From NCBI GenBank assembly GCA_000004695.1, contig CM000151.3, positions 2,112,001 through 2,176,000 on the forward strand: DNA of 64,000 nt, read 5' to 3'. The stretch comes from Dictyostelium discoideum (Eukaryota). The notes under the pieces are model-generated. The model was not told the origin of the DNA. It searched no databases and saw only the letters and a program-made list of their open reading frames with translations. This document shows positions 14,412 through 28,800 of the stretch, one piece after another. A program made the position numbers and the translations under genes. Numbering within the stretch: position 1 is the first letter of the stretch; every line of letters begins with the position of its first letter.

Positions 14412-14675
14412 TTTATTAAATTTTATTTGTTTATATTATATTTTTATATATTGAAAGAAATAGGGGTAAAACATAATAAATTCCCGTTTTCTCGAAAATA
14501 TAAAAAAATAAAAATAAAAAAAAAAAAAAAATAAAAAAAAAAAGTGTTTGTTTCAACCAATCTTATTTTGTTTTTTTTTTTTCCCTGTAACACATTTTAA
14601 TCAAAATTTTATTTTATTTTTAGAATTTAATTATTAATCATTATTAAAAAAAACAATTACAATAAACGAGAGGGA

Positions 14676-14741
<66 letters not shown>

Positions 14742-14767
14742 GGTTATTTTCGGGGGACTGTGTATTT

Positions 14768-14799
<32 letters not shown>

Positions 14800-14876
14800 G
14801 TTTGAAAATATTATTACTATATAAAATAAAAGTAATAAAGATTAAAAATTTAATTTTTTTTTTTATTTTTTATTTG

Positions 14877-17800
14877 TTACTTTTTTTGTTTTAAATGATT
14901 AATAATCATTTGATTTATAATTTCTAAATTATTTTCTTGAATGGTGTCAGTATTACTATTACTATATTTTGTAATTATATTATGAAGTTGTAAATATTTA
15001 TAAACACAAGAAGAATTATTTGAATCTGTTAAAATTTGAATCCAATCATTAAATTCAATCTGTTTACAATTAAATTCACATTTTAATATTTGATTAATCT
15101 GTTGTGAATTTATATTATTATTATTACTATTATTATTATTTAAATTAATTGTATTAAATAATAATTTTCCTTTTTCATTATCATGCTCATAATAATTTTG
15201 ATTATTTATTTGATTTATAATTAAATTTGATAAATGATTAATTGGAATGGTTGGATATGATGTAGAAACGTTTGGATAAAATCCAATTGAATGACAAGAT
15301 TGTAAAAATAATTGTAATAATTCATTTTCATTTCCTAAACCAGTTTCAATATTTGAAAAAATTGGAGGAATTCTTATCATTGTTGATGGTATATTAAATT
15401 TTATTGAACAATCTTTTAGAAAATGTTCAATTAATAAACTACTTTGAATTTTTCCACTTGATAATGGTAATTTTTCAATTGATTCAAAATTTGGAATTTC
15501 AATACTATTATATTCATTTTCATTAATAAATTCATTTGATATTCCTAAATAAATATATATTGATGATATATTTATAATTGAAATTTTATTATTATTATTA
15601 TTATTATTATTATCATTATTATTACAATAACCATTAATTATTAAAGATTTAATTAATTCTTTAACCAAATTTAATTCAGTTTCATTAAATTCTTGTTCAA
15701 ATAAAATTGAATCTTGAAATGAATCACTTGAAACAATAATTATTAAATTTATATCATTATTTTTGATGAATAATTGATTATAGTCTTTTTCTGATGAAAC
15801 TGATATAATATTAATTTTTGAAATTTCATTTTGATTTAAATTAAAATATAATTGATGGTACTTTAGGCTTTGAATTATTAAATCAATTGATGTATTTAAA
15901 CAATAAACTATAGAACAATTTGAATCTTTAACTAAATTAAATAATAAATAAGTACTTAAATAACCACCACTTGAAAAAGGGAATAATATTCTTTTATTAT
16001 TTTTACTAGTACCACCATTTTTAGTAATATTTACATACGATGATGTTGATGATGAAAATTCATTACCAATAACTTTTAATTTAATTTGTTTTTTCCAAAA
16101 TTTTAAATTTTTAACATTATTATTTTTACTTTTACCCCCAATGAATGAACCAGTTTTAATATTTTCATTATTATTTGATTGTTGATTACTATCTTTTATT
16201 TTTTTATTATCAATAGCTGTAATGATAATTTTAATTACTAAAGAGATTGTATTATTTTGAATTTGTTGAATTGTAATAATATTTGGAGAGATTTCTTTAT
16301 CTATCCAATTTTTTAATTGAACAGTTAATAATGAGTCTGCACCATAATCAAGTAATCGTAAATCTTGATTAATTTTAGATGATTCAATTGAAAGGAATTC
16401 TGATATTTTATTAATGAAAATATCTTTAATATTTAATGAATCTACAACTTTTCCACCACCACCACTGCCACTACTACTATTGGAACCACCACCACCACCA
16501 TCGATTGAATTAATAATAAAATCAAATTTTTGTTTAGGAATTTGAGCATTTACTTTAAAAGCTGGAAAATTGAAATTACAAATTAAAAGATTTGTTGATA
16601 AATGTTGATTTTGAATTTGTAAATCTAATGAACCTAAAATTAAATTTGTAGAGATTGGATTTAAACCTTGACCAACTAACATTTCACCAACTGATTCAAA
16701 TCTTGATACAAATCCTGCATCACCTAAAGAACCATAATTTGTACAAATTGATGGTAACCCAATTGATTTTCTAAATCTTGATAATGAATCTAAAACATTA
16801 TTCGCACAAACATAAGAACATTGTTTTGAAGAACCGATGATTGAAGCAATTGAAGATGCCATTACAAATTGTTTTAATTTCCAATTCCTCTTTATCGATT
16901 GATTATGTAAATTAATTGCACCAAATGTTTTTGCACCATGTGAAATATCCAAACTTTCCATATCAATTTTATTAACTTTTCTAGAAACTTGTTGAAATGC
17001 AAAATGAAAAATTGAATCAACATTATTTATCAATGGATTATCTTTTAATATTTGATCGATTGATTCATTTACTAAACTTTCATTACAAATATCAATACTC
17101 TTAAAATGAAATCTAATATTTGAATTATTGTTTACTAATAATTCTAATTCCCATTTCATTGGTGATTTTGAAAATATTATAATATCTTTAACACAATCTG
17201 AAAATTTAACAATCCATTTTAATATCTCTAAAACTATCCCCGTTTGACCTGTAACTAATATTGTTGAACCTAAATTATCATTATTTATTTTATAATTTGA
17301 TTTTAAAATTGGTTCCTTAACATCAATACTACCACTACCACTACTACTACCACTACTACTACTACTATTGAAATTATTATTTTCAATTAATTTATTTATT
17401 AAATTAATATTATTATTTACAATAATTTTACCAATATGTTTACGTTCATTTATAAATTCAATTGCTTCTTTTATTTTTAAATTTGAATATTCATTAATTG
17501 GTATTAAATTTAATTGATTATTTTCAATTGCATTTGATATTTGTAAAAATAAAATTTGAAGTTTTCTTTTATTTATAAATAATAATTCAACATTATGATA
17601 ACCATAATTATATTTGAATTTACTAAAATCTATATATTCATTTGGATTTAAATGAGTGATTGATAAATCAACGATTCTACCACCACATTCCAAACATTTG
17701 AAATTTGAATCTAAATAATCACTTGATAATGTATTCAATATTAAATCAACACCTTTTTTATTTGATCCCAATTGTTTTAATTTTAATTTAATTTGTTTTA

Positions 17801-19037
17801 CATAATCTTTATTTCTTGTTGAATAAATTCCAGTGATAAAATCACCATAGGTGTCAATAAGATATTGCTCTTTCTCTTTTGAACCTACTGTAACGAATAG
17901 ATGTGATTTATGACCTTTCCATTTCAATATATTCAATGCAGATAAACCAACACCACCAGTACCTGAATGAATTAAAATTGATTCATTATCTTGGATATTG
18001 AAATTACCAATATTGAATATTGAATATAAAGATGTTAAATACACTGCTGGTATTGATGCTGCCTCTGAGTGGCTTAAATTGGTTGGTTTCTTTACAATGT
18101 AATCTTTATCAATGATAATATGAGAAGATGACGAATCGAACGCAATTCCATAAACTTCATCACCCACTTTAAATTGATCTTCACCACAATCTTTTCCAAC
18201 CCTTGTAATGATACCAGAGAAATCAATACCAATCTCTGGATTGTTAATATCACCTTTACGATTACAAATCTCTGGCGGAACCAATCCACAATATACTAAA
18301 TAATCTTTATAATTCACTCCTAAACTTAATACATTCACTTCAACCTTATTCGATTTAATAATTTCTTTTCTCGATTTTAATTTATATTCTAAATTTGATG
18401 TTAATTTTAAATAAACATTTGAAAAAGAATCATTACTAACACCAATACCATATTCAAATGAATTTGATTTAAATGTATTGATTAAATTTTTAATTGATTC
18501 TTTTTTATATCTTTCATAATAAATTTCATTATTCATTATTATAAATTCCTTTTGAGTATTAATAGTCTCATCAATTAAAGAATCAATTTTTGAAATTAAA
18601 TTTAAATTTTCAATTGATTGTTGATCAAAATCTATATAGAAAAGTTGTAATTGTTCTGAAAACTCTTCAAAATACTTTGCAGCTCCAATAACTGATGCTG
18701 ATAAATAATTTTTACCATTATTTACATTGGTTGTAATTAAAACATGTTTACATTTTAAATTATTTGATGATAATAATCTCTTATTAATTTCAATAAATTC
18801 AAATGTTACCAATTTAAAATTTTCAAAGTTTAATTGTTCAATAGGTTTAATAAAATAAATTATTGATTTATTTGTAATAATATTTGATTCTTCTAATTCT
18901 ATAAATTCTTTAATACTTGAAATTTTAATAATAATTTTAAATGAATAAATTGATTCTAACATTTTAATAAAATGATTATTATTATTCTTATTATCTTTAT
19001 CAATTTCATTACAAAATATAATAACATTATCTTCATA

Positions 19038-19118
<81 letters not shown>

Positions 19119-22100
19119 ATTAATTTCTAGAATTGATGGTTTTTTACAATGAATTAAAAAAGAAACTGATTCTAATTCTTTTGACATTATTATATATTTA
19201 AAATTATGATTTGTTAATAAATCGAACCAAGATTGTTGATTCATACAACAACTATCTTTTCTGATATCAGTATCTTGAAATGACCACCACTGATTGAAAA
19301 CACCAAATACATTATCTAGAATTATTGAATTAAATGGTGGTTCTATAAATAATAATTGACCATTTGGTACAAGAACTTTATAAATTTGATCAATTGAAAA
19401 TCTAATATCTTTAACCACATGTAATACATTTGACATTATTACATAATCATAATATGAATATTTCAAATTTTGTTTTTCAATTAATGGTTCTTCTAAATCT
19501 AATGAACGATAAATTATTTTTATACCAAATTTACCACCATCTAAATCTAAATCATTATTATTCTCATTATTATTATTATTATTATTATTGTTTATAATTT
19601 TTGATAATTTTAATTTTGCATCTGGTATGAATGACGTTGAAATATCACTCCATGTATATTCAATATCAATTTGATTAAAAACATTATTACTCTCTTCAAG
19701 TAATTGAGTAATTTTATTTAATACAACCATTGATAATGAAGAAACACCACCACCAAATTCTAAAATTCTTATTGTGATTTTCTCTTTTTTCAATACCAAT
19801 GGTTTAATAGATTCTTTAATAATTTCAGCAAGTAATTGATGATTTTTTGCAACAAATTCAGTATCTGAATAAAATTTATCAAGTAAACCATCTTCAAATA
19901 AAATTTGTGGACTATCTAAATTTGAATCATTTTCATTTTCAAATGGAAATAATTGTTTTGAAATTACTCTAGTTGATCTCTTTAAAATTTTATAATTATT
20001 ATTATTTTCCATTTGTTTTTTTAATTCTTTAAAATTATTATTATTATTATTTTTATAACCAAACATTTTTATAGTTTTAAAAACTGATTTAAATAATCTT
20101 TCATATTGAATTGAATTTTCTAAATTTTTATTAATAAAAATTGATTTAAAATTTAAAAATAATTGATCAATTGATTGATTTTCAATTTCTTTAATTGTTA
20201 TATTTGAATTTCTTTTATTAATATTTAAAAACAATGAAGATGATATAAAATTTTGATAAATTGAAATATTTGAACTATAGATATCTTTTGATTTAAATTG
20301 ATCAGATTCATAAAGTGATTTAAATGATGAAGGTGCACCAATTGGTGAATCTCTTGGTTGTAAATATCTTGAATATACTAAATCAATTGGATATTCAATT
20401 TCTAAGGGATTTTTAACTATTTTTAATGATTTACAAATTACTCTTTCAATTTCAATTAAAATCGTACCATCTTTTAACATTATAATAATTGATGCTAAAT
20501 ATGAATTTCCTAATCTTGATTTAAATTTTGAATAAACGAAAATACTATTATTACTACTATTAATATCATTTGTTTCATATACTTGTAAATTTGATGAATA
20601 ATATTTTAATCCTTCAATTTTATGAAAAACTAGTTGACAATTTTCTTGAATTAATGCAATCATTCCATGTAAACAACTATCTAATAATTGTGTTTTAAAA
20701 AATGATTTTGATGTTGATGAATTAACAGTAACTTCTGATAAAGAACAACTATCACCTAAAAAACACTGAATAACACCTTGAAATTCATCATTATAAGTTA
20801 AACCTGTTTTTGATTTTATATGTTGATATAAATCAATTCTTGATATTTTTGTTTTATTACACTTTTTTGAAATTATTTCTTGTAAATTTAATTTTTTATT
20901 ATTATTATTATTATTACTATTATTATTATTACTATTATTATTATTTAATAATTGAAAATTAGCAATACATGATTGTACCCATTCATTTGATTTATTATCT
21001 TTAAAGTGATAATAAAGTTTAAATTCAGTTTTACCAGTTTGGAAAACATTTGTTTGTAAACATTGATTAATACCATCTATTAAAATTAATGGTGATTTAA
21101 ATTCCATTGAACTAATAGTCAAATCTTGTGATGGATATAATTTCAATAGATTATCAATGTAACCACAACCTGGGAAATAGTATTTACCATTTACAATATG
21201 ACCTTTAAGATATTTGAATGGTTCTTTCTTTATATCAATAAATGTTTGATATGATTTAACATTTGATGAATTATCATAGTTTGATAAACCAAGTATATCA
21301 ATTGGTGGTCCCTCAATTCTATGTTTTTGTTGAATCAAATCTTCTTTCCAATACTTTTCATCATCCCATTGATAATTTGGTAATGGTTGTGGTTGTGGTT
21401 GTTGTAGTGGTGGTATTACTGTGTGGTTGTGGTTATTAATACTACCACAATCAAATTGTGATTTAAAATTAATATTATATCTATTTTCACAATAAAGTTT
21501 AGCAATTGTTTTTTGAATCTCCATAGTATCATTCTTTTTCTTATGAAGTGGTGAATAAATTGATATTTTCCCACTAAAATAATTTGTTGATACAGGTATC
21601 ATTTGTTTTAAATAAAATTGTAATGTTGGATGTGGTGCTAATTCAATGAATACAATATCAGTTCCCAATTTATTTATTTCAATATGTTTATATAAATTTG
21701 ATATAGTTTGTGAAAATTTAACTGGTTCTACTATATTATTATAAATATATTCAGAGTTAAATGGTGTTGTTGTTGTTTCTACATTATTATTATTATTATT
21801 ACTATTATTATTGCTATCATTAAAATTATTATAATATAAATTTGTTGTAACAGTTGAGAAAATTGGTATTTTTGGTAATTCATAATCAATATTTAATTTT
21901 GAAATATCATCTTTTACTATTTTTTGATTTGAAGTATGGAAAGATGATAATGAAGCTAACATTTTTGAGAAAATTCCTTTATCTTTTAATTCATTTGATA
22001 TTTGATTTAATTGTTGTTCTTTACCTCCTAATACAATTGAATTTGGTGAATTGTAACATGCAATTTCAATATCTGGGTATTTAGTTGAATAATTTGATGA

Positions 22101-22898
22101 TAAATAATCTTCAGAGCTAATATTAACTGATAACATTCTACCACCATTACAATGTGTTTGAATTTGTGCTAATGATCTATGATAAATTAAATAACATAAA
22201 GTATCCAATGTAATCATACCTGAGCAATAAGCTGCTGGAATCTCACCTAAACTATGACCAACTATAAATGATGCTTCAATACCCCAATGTTTATAAAATT
22301 CAAATAATGATATAGCTAACATACACATTATTGGTTGTGCGATTGTTGGATGTTGAATACTAATATCATCATCATGATCAGTAATTGATATGAATTTTTC
22401 AAAAACTGAATAACCATAATATTTAAATAATTTATTATCAAACATATTGATTGATTGTTTGAAAATTGGTTCACTATTATATAATTCCATTGCCATTCTA
22501 CTATATTGTGAACCTTGACCTGCAAATACAAATACAACTATAGGATTCTTACTATGAACCATTGACATTGTTGATGACTTTGAATTTAATGTTTGAACTC
22601 TATTTAATTGTTCTTTCTCTTCTCCTTCTCTTTCTTTTTCTTTTTCTTTTTCTTTTTGTGATTGTTTTTGTTTATTAAATTCATCCCAATTTGAAACCGA
22701 AAAAATTACTAAACGTTGATAAAGTGATAAAGATTTATTAAAAATTTGATTTTTAACAAATTCATTAAAATTTATTTTTAATTGAAATTCTTCACTTTCA
22801 ATAATTGATTGATATTTCTTTAATGATAAAGTTGAATTTGCTGAAAAAGGTATTAAATACTTTTTTGGTTGACTATTATCATATTGCTGCTGTCCTCG

Positions 22899-22960
<62 letters not shown>

Positions 22961-24353
22961 GATTTTCATTATTTTTAAATTGTGATAAAATTAAACAACA
23001 ATTTGAACCAGTAATACCAAAACTATTGATTAACATTGTTATTTGTTTATTTGTATTAAATTGAATTGGTTCAGTTACAACTTTTAAATTCCATTCATTA
23101 AATTTAATCATTGGATTTGGTTTATTAAAATTAATATTTGGAACAAAGTAACCATTTTTAAACATTAAACAACATTTAATTAATGATGCAACACCCGATG
23201 CTGCCTCTAAATGACCAATTGAGCTTTTAATTGACCCAATTAATAATGGTTGTTGAGTTGTATTATTATTACTACCACTACAACTACCACTACCAATAGC
23301 AATATCATTTAATTGTTTAAATGAATTTGAAATTGCTTCTAATTCAATTGGATCGCCAGTTGGTGTACCAGTACCATGTGCTTCAATATAATCGATATTA
23401 TTGAATTTAATTTTACCATTGGTTGATTGAATTGCCATTTTAATATTTTCACACTGTGATATTGATGAAGGTGAAAAAAAGTTTTGTTTATCTTTTAAAC
23501 CACCACCATCAACATTTGAACTTGCACCATTGATAATACAATAAATGGTATTACCATCTGATAATGCTTGTTTTAAACTTTTTAAAACCACAATTCCAAC
23601 ACCTTCTCCTCTGACATATCCATCAGCACTTTCATCAAATGTCATACACCTTGCTGTACCATTAGTTGATTTACTTAACATATTTAAATGGGTGAATGAT
23701 TTTGAAACGTTTGTATCCAACAATAAATTTACACCACCGACAATTGATAAATTACAATTGTTCTGCTTACTGAATTTAATTGATTGGTAACCCATTTTAA
23801 TAGCATTCAATGATGATGAACATGCTGTATCAATTGTAATTGATTCATTACGAAAATCAAAACAATATGATATACGATTTGAAATTGAATGATTTGTCAA
23901 CCCGAATATATTAGATTTGTTATTATTCATTTGATTTTGTTGTTGATTTTGATAATCATTAGTTGAACAACCAATGAAAACTGATGTATTTGAACCACGA
24001 ATTTTCATTGGATCAATTCTTGCATCTTCTAATGCTTCCCATGTACATTTTAATAATAGTCTTTGTTGTGGATCAATGCTTGGTGCTTCTGATGGATTAA
24101 TACCAAAAAATAATGGATCAAATGATTTCCATTCATCAAGTGGTAATAAACCAGCATTTCCATTTGAAATTTCACCCAATTCATTGAAATTATCACTCCA
24201 TCTTTCTCTACTTTCAATAATACCATCAAATCCATTCATTAAATTATCCCATAATTCAATTGGTGAATCATTTGATTTAGAAATATCTCCCGATGGTAAT
24301 CTAAATCCAATACCAACAATTGCAATTTCATCATTATCATCAATAATATTATT

Positions 24354-24400
<47 letters not shown>

Positions 24401-24401
24401 T
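14877..24401 (-). CDS. Type I iterative polyketide synthase, 3174 aa: KS - poly-Q linker - AT - DH - C-methyltransferase - ER - KR - ACP - about 450-aa C-terminal domain of unknown function
   Basis: KS (IAIVGIGFRLP...DTACSSSL...HGTGTPTGDP...GHLEAASG). AT (GQGSQY...GHSLGE). DH-like (HxxxG...GHIVNGKYYFPGCGYID). MT (LEFGGGVSSLS, SAM-binding). ER (LIHSGTGGVGLSA). KR (ILVTGQTGIVLEIL). ACP (LDYGADSLLTVQLKNWI). 22-Gln tract from (CAA)n between KS and AT. Confidence 0.92.
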
Positions 24402-25293
24402 ATTTTTGTTATTATTATTATTAAATTTATAAATGAGAATATTAGTAAATTAATAATTTTATATGTTTTAAAAAAAAAAAAAATTTTAATAATAAAATAA
24501 AATTAAATTAAATATATATTAATAGTTAATTAATTAATCTTACTTTTAAACCTTTTTAGAAATTTATCGTTTTTCAAATAAAATTTATTTACTAAAAAAA
24601 CTTCATTTTATCTCTTTATATCTGTTGCAGAATATACAAACTCAAATGAATGAAGAAAAAAAAAAAAAATTGAAAAAAAAAATTGTAAAAAAAAAAAAAA
24701 AAAGAATATTAACAAAAACACCAAATCGACACAAAAAAAAAAAAAAAAAAAAATCTCATTTTTATATCATTTTATGTATGTTTGGGTGCTCTTTTTTTCT
24801 TAAAATAAATAAAATTAAATAATTAATAAAAAAAAAATGAATAATAAAATGAAAAAAAAATAAAATAATGGTGCAGATCTAATCTTTTTAAACCACAAAA
24901 TATAGATTTTTTTTTGAAAATTATTTAATTATCTATTGTAAAAAAATTACACTTTAAAATTTCATTTTTTCATTCAAAAAAAAATAACAAGTAAAATGTT
25001 AATTATTAAATAATTAATTATTAATTACCTTAAAAATCACACCGGTTTTTTCACATGCAAAAAAAAAGAAAATGCTAAAAGTAATTTTTTTTTTTTAAAA
25101 TAATAACAAACTCCCAACTTCCGACACTTTTAAAACCCAAAAACATTGGGGAGTTAAAAAAAGAAAAATGATTTGATCTCTTGGAAGTTTTCAAATTTAT
25201 TTTTAAAAGGAAAAAAAAAAAAATAAAAAAAGATTCAGACTTTTTTATACTTCCATTTACGATTGGGTGAACTTAATCCTGGTCCCAATGTTG

Positions 25294-25324
<31 letters not shown>

Positions 25325-25568
25325 TATTAAGACTTGATTTCAAAGAATGAAAAAAAAAAAAAAAAAAACACCAAAATATGTTAACCTAAAAAAAAGATAA
25401 AAAAAAAAGGCAATGAAATGAATTTTTGATTTTTTGAAAGCATCGACTGGAAAAAAAAAAATTATAAAAAAATAAAAAAAATTAGATATTTTATTGTCAG
25501 TTAAAAATCCTTTTTTTTTTTTTTTTTTATTTTTTTTTTTTTTATCTTTTTTTTTATTTTTTTTTTTT

Positions 25569-25612
25569 CTCACCCCACACAATCACAAAATCAAACCCCC
25601 ACACTCTGACAC
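25569..25612. promoter_or_regulatory. C-rich element (CTCACCCCACACAATCACAAAATCAAACCCCCACACTCTGACAC) in the 1.4-kb divergent intergenic region between the PKS (ATG 24401, -) and the collagen-like/PH gene (ATG 25821, +)
   Basis: Only C-rich island in the spacer. Resembles CA-rich/GBF-type CAEs. Confidence 0.35.
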
Positions 25613-25820
25613 AAAAATAAAAAAAATAATAATATAAAAATAAAAAATAAAACATTGTTTTTTATTTTTAATTTTTTAACTTTTGTTTTTTTTTTTTTTT
25701 TTTTTTTTTTTATTGGTTCAATTGAAACAATTGTTTCAGCAAATATTATAAGTATTAATATAAAAATAAAACAATAAAAAAACAATTATTTATTTTTATA
25801 AAAAAAAAAAAATTTAAAAG

Positions 25821-28800
25821 ATGGCAACTACCAATGTAGTTGCAAGTTTATTGAACAATGGTGTTCATGGTGCAGGTAAATATTTAAATATTGGGCATTA
25901 AAAAATAAAAAATAAAAAATAAAAAATAAATTTCAAGATCGGAATCTAATTATTGTTTTTTTTTATTAATTTTATTCCAAATAATTTCAAAAACAAATGA
26001 ATTATTAATGATTTTATTATAATAATAATTTTCAAAAAGATGGTCCAAATGGTCTTCATGGTGGTAGTGGAGGATATGGTGGTGGACGTGGTGGTGATGT
26101 AAGTTTTTTTTTTTTTCTCCAAACCATTAATAAAAGATTTTAAAATTATAAATATGTATACTAAATTATATTTTTATTTTTTTTATTTTTTTTTTTTTTT
26201 AAAAAAAAATAAAGGGATCTAGAGGTGCAGATGGTAATCATGGTACACCATCAGGTAGTATTGAAGTTTTTTTGGCAACAGATGGAATTAAAAATATTTT
26301 AGTAGATTATACATTAGGACCAACACCAATTCATCATGAAATTAGAAAAGGAGTTGAACCATTGGAATTAGGTAATCCTCAAACACATCTCTATTTATCA
26401 TCTAGAGGAGGAGATGGTGGTTGCGGTGGTCGTGGTGGTGATGGTGGTAGTGGTGGTCCTGGTAGCGCAGGTATGAATGCCACAAGACATAGTTCAGGTA
26501 CAAATGGTGGACCTGGTGGTAATGGTGGTAGTGGTGGTAATGGTGGTAGTGGTGGATCGTCAGGTAATGGTAATGATATTACAATTAGGAATAATCAAGA
26601 AGATATGGATTTGTTAATGATTTTAAAACAAGGAGTTAGTGATACAGGTCCAGGTATACCTGGAAAGGGTGGTGATAAAGGTCATGGTGGTAGAGGTGGA
26701 CCAGGAGGACCAGGTGGTAACTCTTATAGTTGGAGTGAAAGTTATCAAGTTTCAGATGGTAGAGGTGGTACAACAACTCAATATAGACATCATACAAATC
26801 CAGGTGGTATTAGTAAGTTTAAATTTAAATTCTAACATTAAAAAAGGAAAAAAAAAAAAAAAAAAAAATACTAACGAAAAAAAAAAAAAAAAAAAATAGG
26901 TGGTCCAAGTGGACATAGTGGTAGTAATGGTATTGGTAAGTTTAAATTTAAATTTTATTATTGAAAAAAAAGGAAAAAAAAAAAAAAAAAAATTACTAAT
27001 TTTAAAAAAAAAAAAAAAAAAATACTAGATGGTAATAATGGTATTTCAGGTATACCAGGAAAATATTCAATTTTATTAAATACTCATGAATATGGAGTTG
27101 TTAGATATGAAGCACCATATGATTTACATGTTGAAAAGATAAGATATATAGATACGATTGGATATAATATAATTGAACCAGATTCAGATGTTAGATTAAG
27201 TGTTGATCATTTAAATGTTGGTGGTATGCCAACACCATCACATCAAAATATTATGGCATATGTTGGTGATAATGGTTGGGTTGAATGTCCAATAGAGAAT
27301 AGGGTTGCAATGCAAAGATGGATAGTAGAGAAAACCAAATCAAGTTTACCAAAGGAAATTATATTTCATATTAAAGATTATCGTCATGATATTAGAGTGT
27401 TACCAAGAAATCCATTTATTCAAAGTTCTACAATGGATCATCAATGTTTAGTGGATCGTATCAATCAAAGCTTTGCAAGAGTATCAGCTACCAAATCACC
27501 ATTTACCATTGAATATCCAGTTCAGTCATCGATTATCAAAGGTTTAGACTGTGTCACAATGACAGATGAGGCACCATTTACCTATAGTATTTGGAATAAA
27601 TCATTACTATCGATTGGTGTTGAGTCGAATGAGTTTGATAAAAAATCACCAAATCGTGTTTTATTTACAACTCTTAAAATTAATTTAAATACACGTGGTG
27701 GTAATACATCAATTAACGCAACCGATATTATAGTGAGAGATGTTAATGGTAAAATATTCAATAATCCAGAGAATGGATTATATTCAACCATTGAATTAAT
27801 TAATCCACAACAATTGAAATTTGCATCGGCCACAATGACATTTGTAAATCCTGATATTAAACCATACACTCGTGTTTTGGTTGAGTCTTCACTTTATTTA
27901 GGTCATATTAAAGACATGATCAATTCACCACAACCAATCCAATCTAGACCATTTGAAATTCAATTATCAGAGGGTTACTTATCATCATTATTCAATTGTG
28001 ACATTTTATTAGTGGTTAACAACCAATCGGAATACGATGAAATCACTCAATGGAAGTTATTAGCCCATCAATTAGGTTTAACATTAAATGTTTGGAATTC
28101 TGGTTTATATCAAGGTTTTATGTTAAATCATAGAAAAGCAGATGGTCGTACACTTCTTCAAGATTTTAGATCAAAAACAATCATTTATCTAGATAATAAC
28201 TATGTAAAGGATGAATTGTTATATCCAGCCTCTGAGTATATTAGATCAAAAGAATTTTTAAATGCTGCCTATCATCATGGTATTCATGTTTTAATGGTTG
28301 GTAAAAATTTCTCAATCGAGAATGAAATCTTCCCAATTAATACATTTGAAAGAGCAACTTTGGTTTATTATAAACAACATAAACAATTATTATACGCTTT
28401 AAAACATAGAATTCCTTCTGGCACTGGTTGTGGTCAAATTATACCACCACATATGGCTGTTGATGATAATGGTGATCTATCATTAAATCTATTAGTTGAT
28501 AAAAAGAATGAATATTTCATTGTAATCTTTAGACAATTAACCCTACTTTCAATCTTTAAAAAATCAAATTCACTCTACCCAATTAAAACAATTCATTTAG
28601 ATAGTTTTAATTTAACTTGTTTAACTCAACCACATTCTGAAACTAATGAAATCATTACAATTAATTTAGAATTTCAACATTTAGGTTTTAAAATTAATTT
28701 TTCACCATCAAAAGATAAAAAACTTAAAGAAAATTCAATTTCAAAAATTCAACAATTTTTTGAAATTTTACAACAAATTAAAACTTTATCACCAATTAAT

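Noticed and set aside
23974-24432. Plus-strand ORF (152 aa) and the similar ORF at 57231..57752 (173 aa)
   Set aside because: They are antisense mirror frames of the conserved PKS KS-domain coding sequence (intact gene and relic respectively). They are similar to each other only because the sense strands are homologous.
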